DNA from: Opitutales bacterium
GTDB taxonomy: Bacteria > Verrucomicrobiota > Verrucomicrobiia > Opitutales > JABSRG01
Length of the DNA stretch: 64,000 bases
NCBI GenBank assembly: GCA_028280845.1
Contig: JANQKZ010000044.1
Span: forward strand, 12,359-76,358
Reading direction: 5' to 3'
Numbering within the stretch: the stretch's first letter is position 1; each line of letters begins with the position of its first letter. The position numbers were made by a program, and so were the translations under genes. The notes under the pieces are model-generated. The model saw nothing but the letters and a program-made list of their open reading frames with translations. It was not told where the DNA came from and did not search any database. Shown here one piece after another: positions 18,676 through 27,427 of the stretch.

Positions 18676-21153
18676 ATGGTTTTACGTAACTTCATCTATG
18701 GAATACGGATTCTCCTGAAAAATCCAGGCTTCTCCCTGATTGCTATTTTTACCCTTGGGCTCGGCATCGGCACAGTAACGAGCCAGTTCTCTATTTTGAA
18801 TGGAGTCCTGTTTAAAGGCCTCCCCTTCCCGGATACCGAAGAGCTGGCGCATGTCGAACGCCGCAACGTGGAAGAGGAATTTTTTAATGCGGAAGTCCCG
18901 ATCATGGATTATCTCGCCTGGGAAGACCAGCAAACTGCCTTTGAGTCGATGACCCCCTTCTTCACTCGGGCCACCGTAAATATGACGGTGGACGGCGACC
19001 CGATCCGCTACTCCGGCTCATTTATCTGGCACAACTTTGAAGAGACTCTGAAAGTAAAACCTGTTCTTGGCCCTGGTCTCACCGAGGCGGATAACCAGTC
19101 CGGCGCCCCCATGAAAGTCGTCATCGGGTACGGACCCTGGCAGTCCGACTTCAATGGCAACCCCAATGTCATCGGCAAGCAGGTGATCGTCAATGGCCAG
19201 CCCGGAACCATCGCCGGAGTCATGCCCCAAGGGTTTGAATTCCCCGTGGCCGAGGAAATCTGGGTACCCCTCGTCCATATGGTAGATCCGGCGGAAGCCA
19301 CTTGGGATGATGATGAATATACCTTCGAGGTCATGGGGCGACTTGCCGAGGGCAAGACCTTCGATGATGCCTCACTTGAGCTATCCACTATCATGAAGCG
19401 CATCGCCACGGAACACCCGGAACACCGCGAAGGATATGTGGCCGCGGACGTCAAATCCCTGGTCGAAGAATTCACCGATGATGACGTTTTTGCCATGATG
19501 ATGGTCATGATGACCGCCGTCTTTATCGTGCTGGGAATTGCCTGCACAAATGTGGCGAATCTTCTCCTGGCCCGCAGCACCCTCCGGGTGAAAGAAATCG
19601 CCATCCGGTCTGCCCTCGGAGCAAGCCGGAAATCCATCATCATTCAAATGCTGACCGAGAGCCTGTTGATCTCCATCGCCGGCTCAATCGTCGGGGTGCT
19701 GCTTTCCCTCTGGGCCATAGATGCCATCATGGCATATATGAATCAGATGCCGAACCGGATTCCTTTCTGGATGACCTTTGAGATGGATGGGCGAGTCTTG
19801 GCCTTCGTCATCTTTGTCACCGTCCTCAGCGGCCTCTTTTCCGGATTAATCCCTGCTTTCCGCGCGTCCAAAACCGATGTAAATGATGTCCTCAAGGAAA
19901 GCACCCGGGGGGCTTCCAGCATCACCATCGGCAAAATTGCCCGCGTCCTAGTCATCGGGCAGATTGCACTCTGCTTTCTCCTCCTGGTCTCCTCCGGCCT
20001 CCTCATCCGCAGTATGAACAATGTGTGGAAGGAAGATTTCGGATTTGACACGATTAACAAAATGACCGCCCGGGTAGGGTTATTTGAAAGTGAATATCCA
20101 ACCGGAGAGTCCCGGGTGGAATTTTACCGACAGGTGGTGCAGGGCCTGAACAGCAATCCCATGATCAAAAATGCCGCAATTACCAACCGCTTTCGCTTTG
20201 AGGGATCCTACGGCACGACCTATCTGATAGAAGGAGAGACCTATGAAGAAGGGGAACCCTACCCCTTTGGGCGATGGGAAGCCGTCTCCCCCAACTACTT
20301 TGAGACCCTGGAAGTCCCGCTTCTCGAAGGGCGCATGTTTACCTCCAATATTTCGGCGGAGGACCCGAGGGAAATCGTCGTCAACCAGTCGATGGCCGCC
20401 ATTCTGCGCGAATCCGGAAGCGGGGAGGTGATGGGACGCCGCTTGCGCTACGATTTCGAAATTGATGGGGAATTTGAGTGGTGGACTGTCGTCGGTGTGG
20501 TCCCGGATTTACTCATGCAGGGTCCCGGTAATGATGAAGAGACCGGCCGATTCAGCACTCCTGCCGGCTTTTACCGCCCGCTATACTCCGAATTTTTTGA
20601 CAACATCCGGTTTATGACTCTGATCGCCTCTCCCCGGTCTGACAACCAGCTCATGCAGTTGGGTAAGGTCCTGCGACAAGAGGTTCAGCGGGTCGATCCC
20701 AACATCCCGCTCTACTTTGTAGATACGCCACAGAACTTGATTAACCAGAATCAGATGCAGAATCGACTGGTCGCTGTCCTTTTCATGGCCTTCGGGGCTA
20801 TCGCTATTTTGCTCTCTGGAGTGGGGCTTTATGGTGTCATCAGTTTCGGGGTCAATCAACGTCGGAATGAAATTGGAGTTCGCATGGCACTGGGAGCCAG
20901 GAGCGACGCCATTATCCGGATGATTCTGGTCCAGGGTGCCTTCCAGCTCGGCCTTGGACTCTTGATCGGGTTGGCCCTGGCTCTGGCCTCCACCCGAATG
21001 CTTCAACAATTCCTCTACCAGGTCGATGCGGCAGATCCCATTACTTTTCTGGGGGTCCTCCTCTTTCTCGCCCTCATCGCCTTTCTTGCGACTCTCATCC
21101 CTGCCCTCCGGGCGGCCAAGATTCAACCCATGCAAGCCCTCCGCTACGAATAA
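18676..21153 (+). CDS. Duplicated FtsX/MacB-type ABC permease (ADOP-like), copy 3
   Basis: 825 aa with the same architecture. Conserved blocks include CTNVANLLLARSTLRVKEIAIRSALGA and EIGVRMALGA. Confidence 0.8.
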   Translation: MVLRNFIYGIRILLKNPGFSLIAIFTLGLGIGTVTSQFSILNGVLFKGLPFPDTEELAHVERRNVEEEFFNAEVPIMDYLAWEDQQTAFESMTPFFTRATVNMTVDGDPIRYSGSFIWHNFEETLKVKPVLGPGLTEADNQSGAPMKVVIGYGPWQSDFNGNPNVIGKQVIVNGQPGTIAGVMPQGFEFPVAEEIWVPLVHMVDPAEATWDDDEYTFEVMGRLAEGKTFDDASLELSTIMKRIATEHPEHREGYVAADVKSLVEEFTDDDVFAMMMVMMTAVFIVLGIACTNVANLLLARSTLRVKEIAIRSALGASRKSIIIQMLTESLLISIAGSIVGVLLSLWAIDAIMAYMNQMPNRIPFWMTFEMDGRVLAFVIFVTVLSGLFSGLIPAFRASKTDVNDVLKESTRGASSITIGKIARVLVIGQIALCFLLLVSSGLLIRSMNNVWKEDFGFDTINKMTARVGLFESEYPTGESRVEFYRQVVQGLNSNPMIKNAAITNRFRFEGSYGTTYLIEGETYEEGEPYPFGRWEAVSPNYFETLEVPLLEGRMFTSNISAEDPREIVVNQSMAAILRESGSGEVMGRRLRYDFEIDGEFEWWTVVGVVPDLLMQGPGNDEETGRFSTPAGFYRPLYSEFFDNIRFMTLIASPRSDNQLMQLGKVLRQEVQRVDPNIPLYFVDTPQNLINQNQMQNRLVAVLFMAFGAIAILLSGVGLYGVISFGVNQRRNEIGVRMALGARSDAIIRMILVQGAFQLGLGLLIGLALALASTRMLQQFLYQVDAADPITFLGVLLFLALIAFLATLIPALRAAKIQPMQALRYE

Positions 21154-21216
21154 ACGTAAACCCTTTTCATGATACCTATCCATCGTTCAACCGGGTGCTG
21201 CCAACCCACCTCAGCA

Positions 21217-22752
21217 ATGAAAACCATAAGCCAACCTGCACGGCAGTTGTGGATCAGCGCCGCCCTCTTTGCCGTCTTCGGCCTTCAAGCGCTATCTTCC
21301 GCCACATCGGCCTCGATTTCAGCTACCTTTCAGGGAAATGACCTGGGAGAGGTTTCCCTCCAGGATGCGATCGAACTTGCCCTGGAACGGAATTTCCTCG
21401 TGCGCGTGGAAAAGTTTAATCCGCAGGTCGCGGAGCTCGGGATACAAAGCGAGCAGGGCATTTTTGACCCCAGGCTGGACGCATCAGTATCCCGGTTTTT
21501 TCAGGAAAGGGATCAGGGCACCGATCCAGGAACCGGCCTACCAGTGGCATCGAGGGTGGAAAACCAGAATCTCGATGTGAGCCTTTCAGGCCTGCTTCCA
21601 TTCGGAACCACTTACGATGTGGGCTATGACCTCGGAAACACGCGCGGGGAGTTCAACAATTTTTCCGACGATTACAACGCCTTTGCCGGAATAACCGTGC
21701 GGCAACCCCTCCTCAGGAATTTCGGGTATGCGGAAAACATGTCTCGGATCCGGGTCGCCCAAGTGAACTTTGATCTGAGCAATTGGGCCTTTCGTCAAAC
21801 CCTCATCAACACTGTTACCAATACCATCACCGCTTATAACTTCCTTTATTTCGCCCAGCAGAATCTCGAGGTAGCCGTCAACAGCCGGGACCTGGCCCAA
21901 CGACTCCTCAATGAGAATATGCGCCGGGTCGAACTCGGTACCATGGCAGATGTGGATACCCTTCAAGCAGCCTCCCAGCTCGCCCTGCGGGAGGAGCGCG
22001 TCCTGAATGCCGAACGCCTCTACCAGGATCAGAAAATGCAGTTCCTCGCCCTCGTCACAGGGAGAATTGAGAACCTCCTCGAAATGGATATCCAGATCCT
22101 GCCGCCCCCTCCCCAAAGTTATGTGGCCTCCGATACCCTGCAGGATTTTCAAAAAGCAATTCAGAACCGACCGGACTATCAGCAGGCATTACTCGATATT
22201 GAAACCCGGGAAGTTCTCCTTGCCCGGGACAAACGACGTTCCCTTCCCTCCCTCGATGTGTTTGGCAGTTTTGGGTATTCTGGCACCGGAATGAGTGTTG
22301 GCGATTCTAACAGCGGAATTGGAGACCGAACGTTTGAGACCTCCACTATTGGCGCGGCCTTCCGCTATCCAATCATGAACCGGACCGCCAGTGCCAATCG
22401 CGTGTCCAGCATGCTCCTTCTCAATCAAGCGGAGCTTTCCCTCGAGCGCTTAAAACAGGTCATCCTCCTCGATGTGGACGCAGCGGCTCGCCGGATCGCT
22501 ACCGACTGGGAACGGATCGCTGCGGCACAAAAAGCCCGGGAAGTGAGTGAACGGGCCCTCGAAGGAGAGGAGAAGCGCCTCGAGTTGGGCACCACCTCCA
22601 GCTTTGTGGTCCTGCGTCTACAAAGCGACCTGGCCGAAGCCGAAATCCGTGAACTGCAAGCCATTGTAGATTACAACCAATCCCTTGCCGAATACGACCG
22701 TGCCGTAGGATTGACCCTCGAAAAGAACCATATCGAGACCGCCTCCCCATAA
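21217..22752 (+). CDS. TolC-family outer-membrane efflux protein
   Basis: Signal peptide MKTISQPARQLWISAALFAVFGLQALSS and a two-repeat OEP-like sequence (LQDAIELALERN..., AEIRELQAIVDYNQSLAEYDRAVG). It is the last gene of the operon. The internal ATG at 21217 is preferred as the start. Confidence 0.8.
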   Translation: MKTISQPARQLWISAALFAVFGLQALSSATSASISATFQGNDLGEVSLQDAIELALERNFLVRVEKFNPQVAELGIQSEQGIFDPRLDASVSRFFQERDQGTDPGTGLPVASRVENQNLDVSLSGLLPFGTTYDVGYDLGNTRGEFNNFSDDYNAFAGITVRQPLLRNFGYAENMSRIRVAQVNFDLSNWAFRQTLINTVTNTITAYNFLYFAQQNLEVAVNSRDLAQRLLNENMRRVELGTMADVDTLQAASQLALREERVLNAERLYQDQKMQFLALVTGRIENLLEMDIQILPPPPQSYVASDTLQDFQKAIQNRPDYQQALLDIETREVLLARDKRRSLPSLDVFGSFGYSGTGMSVGDSNSGIGDRTFETSTIGAAFRYPIMNRTASANRVSSMLLLNQAELSLERLKQVILLDVDAAARRIATDWERIAAAQKAREVSERALEGEEKRLELGTTSSFVVLRLQSDLAEAEIRELQAIVDYNQSLAEYDRAVGLTLEKNHIETASP

Positions 22753-22869
22753 TTCCCACGGTTTTATCCTTTTTTAAGGAACTAATCCCACCCATTTCTA
22801 TACTAATGCATAATCCTAGGTGGTACTGTCCGCAGTAGCCTAGCGATTGGTTAGGTAGTCATGATAGAT

Positions 22870-22910
22870 GCGGCTTCCCGATGGCAGTCCGGGAGCCGCT
22901 TCTATTTTTT
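22870..22910 (+). terminator. Rho-independent terminator after the efflux operon
   Basis: A ~9-bp stem, GCGGCTTCC pairing with GGGAGCCGC, with a T-rich tail tctatttttt. Confidence 0.6.
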
Positions 22911-22996
22911 AGGGATAGAGCAAGTTGTGTGAAGTAAATTATGACTGGCTCCCGCTACTGATTCCGCCCCCCTTTTCTCCACCACAGCTCACAAAA

Positions 22997-23665
22997 TCAT
23001 ACCATCCAACCATCCTTTAGCCGGATAACGCGGTCCCCATATTTCGCCAGCTCCTCCGAGTGCGTCACCTGGATAATAGTGGTCCCCTCATCATTGAGCC
23101 GCTTAAACAATTCCATAATTTCCTGCCCCTGCTCTGAGTGCAGATTTCCTGTGGGTTCATCAGCCAGGATAAGTTTGGGCTCGGCAATGATAGCCCGCGC
23201 GATACTGACTAGCTGTTGCTGCCCTCCGCTCAGCTGATTGGGGAAGAGCTCCTTTTTACCAACAACATTAAATCGGTCCAACATATCAGCTACAATTCCC
23301 TCTCGCTCACGCCGGGGAACATTCCGGTAAGTCAGCGGGATCTCCAGGTTTTCGTAGACAGTTAAATCCTCCAGCAGGTGAAACCGTTGGAAGACAAACC
23401 CGATGGTCTCCCGCTGCAGTGCCATCCGGTCTTTCGGTTTCATCTGGTGGATCGCGTTCCCTGCAAGGTAATACGCTCCCGCAAACTTTCCATCATACAT
23501 ACCGAGGATATTGAGAAGGGTCGATTTTCCAGCCCCGGAGGGCCCCATAATCGAGACAAATTCTCCTGCCTCGATATCCAGGTCGATATTCCGTAACACG
23601 TAGTAAGACCCCACTTTCAGGGGATACGCTTTTTCCACAGATTGAAGAGAAATGATTGGGTCCAT
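22997..23665 (-). CDS. Orphan ABC transporter ATP-binding protein (MacB/LolD type)
   Basis: Walker A GPSGAGKST, signature LSGGQQQLVSIARAI, Walker [11 protein letters not shown], and H-loop VTHS. No permease or adaptor gene lies on its strand. Confidence 0.85.
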   Translation of the reverse strand: MDPIISLQSVEKAYPLKVGSYYVLRNIDLDIEAGEFVSIMGPSGAGKSTLLNILGMYDGKFAGAYYLAGNAIHQMKPKDRMALQRETIGFVFQRFHLLEDLTVYENLEIPLTYRNVPRREREGIVADMLDRFNVVGKKELFPNQLSGGQQQLVSIARAIIAEPKLILADEPTGNLHSEQGQEIMELFKRLNDEGTTIIQVTHSEELAKYGDRVIRLKDGWMV

Positions 23666-23919
23666 TGGAATTTTGCAGGCTTGGGTTAAGGCTCGGAATT
23701 GAGCTTAGGCGTTCGTATTCTAGATTGTAAGAAAAGTTTTAAATTTATGAAATTCAGGGAGTTATTTGTGTTCCCTTTGTCTCCCGGGAATAAGCTATTC
23801 ATTGAAAGTATCGTTTCTTACCATGTGAGCACACGCAAAAATGGGACACAAATTCGCTTTTTTTGGGTCCTTGAATACACGGTCTATAACCATCCGCTAT
23901 TTCAGAAATCACAACTAAA

Positions 23920-26900
23920 GTGAAAAAAAACCCTGCATATCGTCTAATGATTACCATTTGGACGAGCTTCCTCCTGACCGCATCGCTCCTGGGACAATCC
24001 GAACCAACTGGCAATTGGATCATCCAACTAGATACTCAGAATATTTCAGATCCTGAACAGCTGCTGGATGGACTCGGGCTTGAGCTCCTCGACACCCTCG
24101 CAGGAATGAATGGAGCCTATCTGGTCGCCCCTCGGACCGACGCCGCGGAAGCGCGCCTGAAGCAGTGGGATGTGACCAACTCGTCTTTCCGTGAACGCCG
24201 AAACGAACGCTTGAGGGAGCTACGGGCGAAGATCGAGGGCGTCGGCTTCCCCATCCTCTGGACTGAACCCGAGCTGGTGGCCGTCGCATACTCGCAAGCC
24301 CCGCCGGACCCAGGGTTCAATGATCCAAGCTACGCCGACCAGTGGCACCTCAACAACGACGGACAAAGCGGGGGAATTAAAGGGGAAGATGCCAATGTAA
24401 TCGGTGCATGGCTGCGGGGATATCGCGGTACCGGCATCAATATTGCAATCGTTGACGAGGGAGTGGACCCCGCTCATCCGGATTTATCATCCAATTTTCA
24501 GGCGAATTTGAGCCGCGATTTTTTACAGAACGACGATGATACAACTCCGGTCTCCAATAACGAAACACACGGGGTCGCGGTTGCCGGTGTGGCTGCGGCC
24601 AGAGATTCCAATAGTGAAGGGGTTGTGGGAGTCGCTCCCCGTGCTGGTATCGCCTCCCTCCGGATTTTGGACAACATCTCCTCCACCGGGTTAACCAGTT
24701 CGGACGTGAATCAAGTCCTGCTGCACCAGAATGACTCGATTCATATTTACAATAACAGCTGGGGCTACGGCGCCGGTCCCAACGATGTGGCTGGCTTCAT
24801 CAATGTTTCCAGAACCAATGTTATTCAGCAGGCCCTGCAGACCGGCGCTTTGCAGGGCAGAAACCAGCTTGGAAGCATCATCGTGTGGGCGGCGGGCAAT
24901 GGTTTGGGCCAGGGAGATAACGCCAATTACGATAACATGGTCAATTCCATCTATACGATAGCCGTGGCTGCTGTCGGAGATCGCGGCACCCAGGCTTCTT
25001 ACAGCAACCCCGGGGCGGCCCTCCTCGTCTCCGCTCCCAGCAGTGGAAATGTATCGGGAATCGTAACCACCGATCTCGTGGGCACCGCTGGGGGGAGCAC
25101 GACCAATGTGCGGGATGACTTTGGGGGAACCTCTTCCGCCTCCCCGGTGGTAGCCGGGGTAGCTGCCCTCATGCTGGAGGCGAACCCGAACCTGACCTGG
25201 AGAGACGTTCAGTACATTCTCGCACGGACCGCTGTGAAAATTCACCCCGAGGATGAGGACTGGATACTCAATGGCGCTGGCTATCATTTGAATCATAAAT
25301 ATGGCTTCGGTCGAGTCGATGCCACCGCAGCCGTTCGCGTTGCTGAAATTTGGAATTCCGTCCCTGCGGCCCAGGAGGTGGATTCTGCCCCCAACCCGGT
25401 TGGCCTCCAGATTCCCGACAACAACGCAACCGGGTTAGAAGATACGCTTGAATTCAATTCCAGCCTGCAACTCGAACACGTGATCCTGAATTTGCAGTTG
25501 AGCCATAATGATTGGGGGGATTTGGAAATTATTTTAGTTTCCCCGGATGGAACGGAAAGTCTCATGTCCCAACCTTTCCTGAGCGTAGAACAACCCTCAA
25601 ATGGGTTCTGGGAGTTTATGACCGTTCGGAATTGGGGCGAGAATGCGATGGGGACCTGGAAGCTGATCGTGCGTGATCGAATCGCAGGTACAATCGGTAC
25701 CCTGTCCAACTGGAGTTTGACCTTCCGTGGAATCACACCGGGCAGTGAAAACAATACACGCCCCACTCCGGTTACGGACACCCTCACAACCGTTGAAATA
25801 AGCGTTACCTCTGATGTGACGGCCAATGATACCGATCCGGACGGCCATCCCGTCGAGCTGATTTCCGTCTACCGCCCACCCAACACAGACGTTTACCTGA
25901 ATGCGCAGGGAGAGTTGGTGGTGGAAAATACCAGTGGTTTCCGGGGAGTTCAGGAAATCACCTACACGATTTCCGATGGAAACGGAGGAGTCGGTTTCGG
26001 AACTCTGAATTTCATCAACCCCCTTCCGGACGCAATAGATGACCAGGTAGCCGTCCTGCGGAATAGACCCGTATTGATTTTCCCGATACAAAATGACCTG
26101 GATGCCGATTCCGATGCGCTGATCATTTCCGGTCTCGACCGTAGTAACAGCAACGCCCGCATCGAGGTTTTGACCGATGGGTCCATTCGGTATACCCCAC
26201 CAACTGACTTCACGGGGACGGATTCTTTTTTCTATACGCTCAAAGACCTCGATGACGGGACAGATACCGCGCAAGTGAGTGTGGTGGTTCCAGCGGTGGA
26301 TGACTTCGCCTTGGACTTTGATGGAGTCGACAACCTGGTAGAAGTCCCCAACACCGCCGCGCTTAACTTGCGAGGAGCCTTCACCCTGGAGGCCTGGGTA
26401 TATCCCACTGGTTACGGGGAAGCGCCTACAGGCTTCGGGAGAATAGTCGATAAAGAGTCCTTCCTGCTCTATCTGAACAGCACGGACAGCCCCTTCTACC
26501 CGGATCGATCCTTCGTCGTTTTCATACGCCAGACAAATGGAGGAGACTCGGCCTACCATACCAGCGCAAATACCGTTCCCTTAAATACCTGGACCCATGT
26601 GGCAGTGGCTTACAATGGATCCGGGGCCCTTCAATTCTACATTAATGGACAAGCGGTGACCACCACTGCGGCAGATCCCAGCACCTTCGATCCGCTGACC
26701 GGAGGTCCGCAGGATTCCAGCGACTTCAGCCTGTTCATTGGGGAGACCAATGATTTCACCCGAGCCTTTGAAGGGAGAATCAATGAAGTTCGGGTTTGGA
26801 ACACCTTCCGGTCCGTCTCACAAGTCGCTTCCAACTACGACCAGTCGATTGAAGGATTTCCCGCTGGATTAGTCGGGTATTGGCCCATGATTCGCGGTCA

Positions 26901-27303
26901 GGGAGGGATCGTGGAAGACTTCAGCGGAAATGGAAACGCAGGAATTATCGATGGCGCGCGGTGGGATGCAGGCAACATCCCGGGCTTAGCCTCCTATTCC
27001 TTGTGGTCCGTCACGCTCGAATTAGGCAGTGGATGGCGTTACAGCCCATGGTTTGGACTTTTCAATGATTCCTTCGAACCTTGGATCTACCACGCAGACC
27101 TGGGCTGGCTCTATCAATCAGCGGAATCCGAAGAAAGTATCTATTTCTACGATCCTGTAATTGAAGAGTGGCTATGGACCGGGCGTTCCGTCTTCCCCTA
27201 TTTTTATCGACCCCAAAGCCAGGACTGGGTGTTTTATGATATTGGCAGTTCGAATCCACGGTATTTCTACAACTTCACCGATTCCATCTGGGAAGCCCAA
27301 TAG
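23920..27303 (+). CDS. Secreted multidomain subtilisin/kexin-like S8 serine protease with P-domain, cadherin-like and LamG-like domains
   Basis: Signal peptide. Catalytic triad contexts IAIVDEGVD, THGVAVAGVAAA and GGTSSASPVVAGVAALM. Proprotein-convertase P-domain-like block (WGDLEIILVSPDGTES...GTWKLIVRDR...WSLTFRG). A TANDTDPDG cadherin-like region. A LamG-like region (LRGAFTLEAWVYPTG...INEVRVWN). GTG start at 23920, with an alternative ATG at 23947. Confidence 0.85.
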   Translation: MKKNPAYRLMITIWTSFLLTASLLGQSEPTGNWIIQLDTQNISDPEQLLDGLGLELLDTLAGMNGAYLVAPRTDAAEARLKQWDVTNSSFRERRNERLRELRAKIEGVGFPILWTEPELVAVAYSQAPPDPGFNDPSYADQWHLNNDGQSGGIKGEDANVIGAWLRGYRGTGINIAIVDEGVDPAHPDLSSNFQANLSRDFLQNDDDTTPVSNNETHGVAVAGVAAARDSNSEGVVGVAPRAGIASLRILDNISSTGLTSSDVNQVLLHQNDSIHIYNNSWGYGAGPNDVAGFINVSRTNVIQQALQTGALQGRNQLGSIIVWAAGNGLGQGDNANYDNMVNSIYTIAVAAVGDRGTQASYSNPGAALLVSAPSSGNVSGIVTTDLVGTAGGSTTNVRDDFGGTSSASPVVAGVAALMLEANPNLTWRDVQYILARTAVKIHPEDEDWILNGAGYHLNHKYGFGRVDATAAVRVAEIWNSVPAAQEVDSAPNPVGLQIPDNNATGLEDTLEFNSSLQLEHVILNLQLSHNDWGDLEIILVSPDGTESLMSQPFLSVEQPSNGFWEFMTVRNWGENAMGTWKLIVRDRIAGTIGTLSNWSLTFRGITPGSENNTRPTPVTDTLTTVEISVTSDVTANDTDPDGHPVELISVYRPPNTDVYLNAQGELVVENTSGFRGVQEITYTISDGNGGVGFGTLNFINPLPDAIDDQVAVLRNRPVLIFPIQNDLDADSDALIISGLDRSNSNARIEVLTDGSIRYTPPTDFTGTDSFFYTLKDLDDGTDTAQVSVVVPAVDDFALDFDGVDNLVEVPNTAALNLRGAFTLEAWVYPTGYGEAPTGFGRIVDKESFLLYLNSTDSPFYPDRSFVVFIRQTNGGDSAYHTSANTVPLNTWTHVAVAYNGSGALQFYINGQAVTTTAADPSTFDPLTGGPQDSSDFSLFIGETNDFTRAFEGRINEVRVWNTFRSVSQVASNYDQSIEGFPAGLVGYWPMIRGQGGIVEDFSGNGNAGIIDGARWDAGNIPGLASYSLWSVTLELGSGWRYSPWFGLFNDSFEPWIYHADLGWLYQSAESEESIYFYDPVIEEWLWTGRSVFPYFYRPQSQDWVFYDIGSSNPRYFYNFTDSIWEAQ

Positions 27304-27427
27304 ATCCCCCCAATACGAAAATTAACCATCGCGGGCGGGTTGCCCTTTAGCCCCTTCTTTCAACCAGGTTAAACAAGATCGCCGGCAGGCTGAACTCCTG
27401 CAAAACCGGATCCGCCATCGGCCAATC

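Noticed and set aside
23842-23857. A sigma-54-like element TGGGACacaaaTTCGC upstream of the S8 protease gene.
   Set aside because: The -24 reads TGGGAC and the GC of the -12 is shifted by one position relative to consensus spacing. This is too weak to call without PWM scoring or mapping of the transcription start.
25597-26559. A 320-aa minus-strand ORF, plus many other 60-220-aa ORFs antisense or out of frame inside long genes. Examples are 2005..2442, 5099..5570, 8256..8783, 13075..13617, 16953..17474, 19008..19643, 20581..21183, 21586..22152, 24691..25296, 30751..31554, 43416..44153, 47939..48610, 53672..54253, 60190..60840 and 62301..62828.
   Set aside because: They lie entirely within, and opposite to or out of frame with, genes that have clear family motifs. 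Their composition is Arg/Ser/Pro/Gly-rich, which is typical of shadow ORFs in GC-rich DNA, and they have no motifs of their own.
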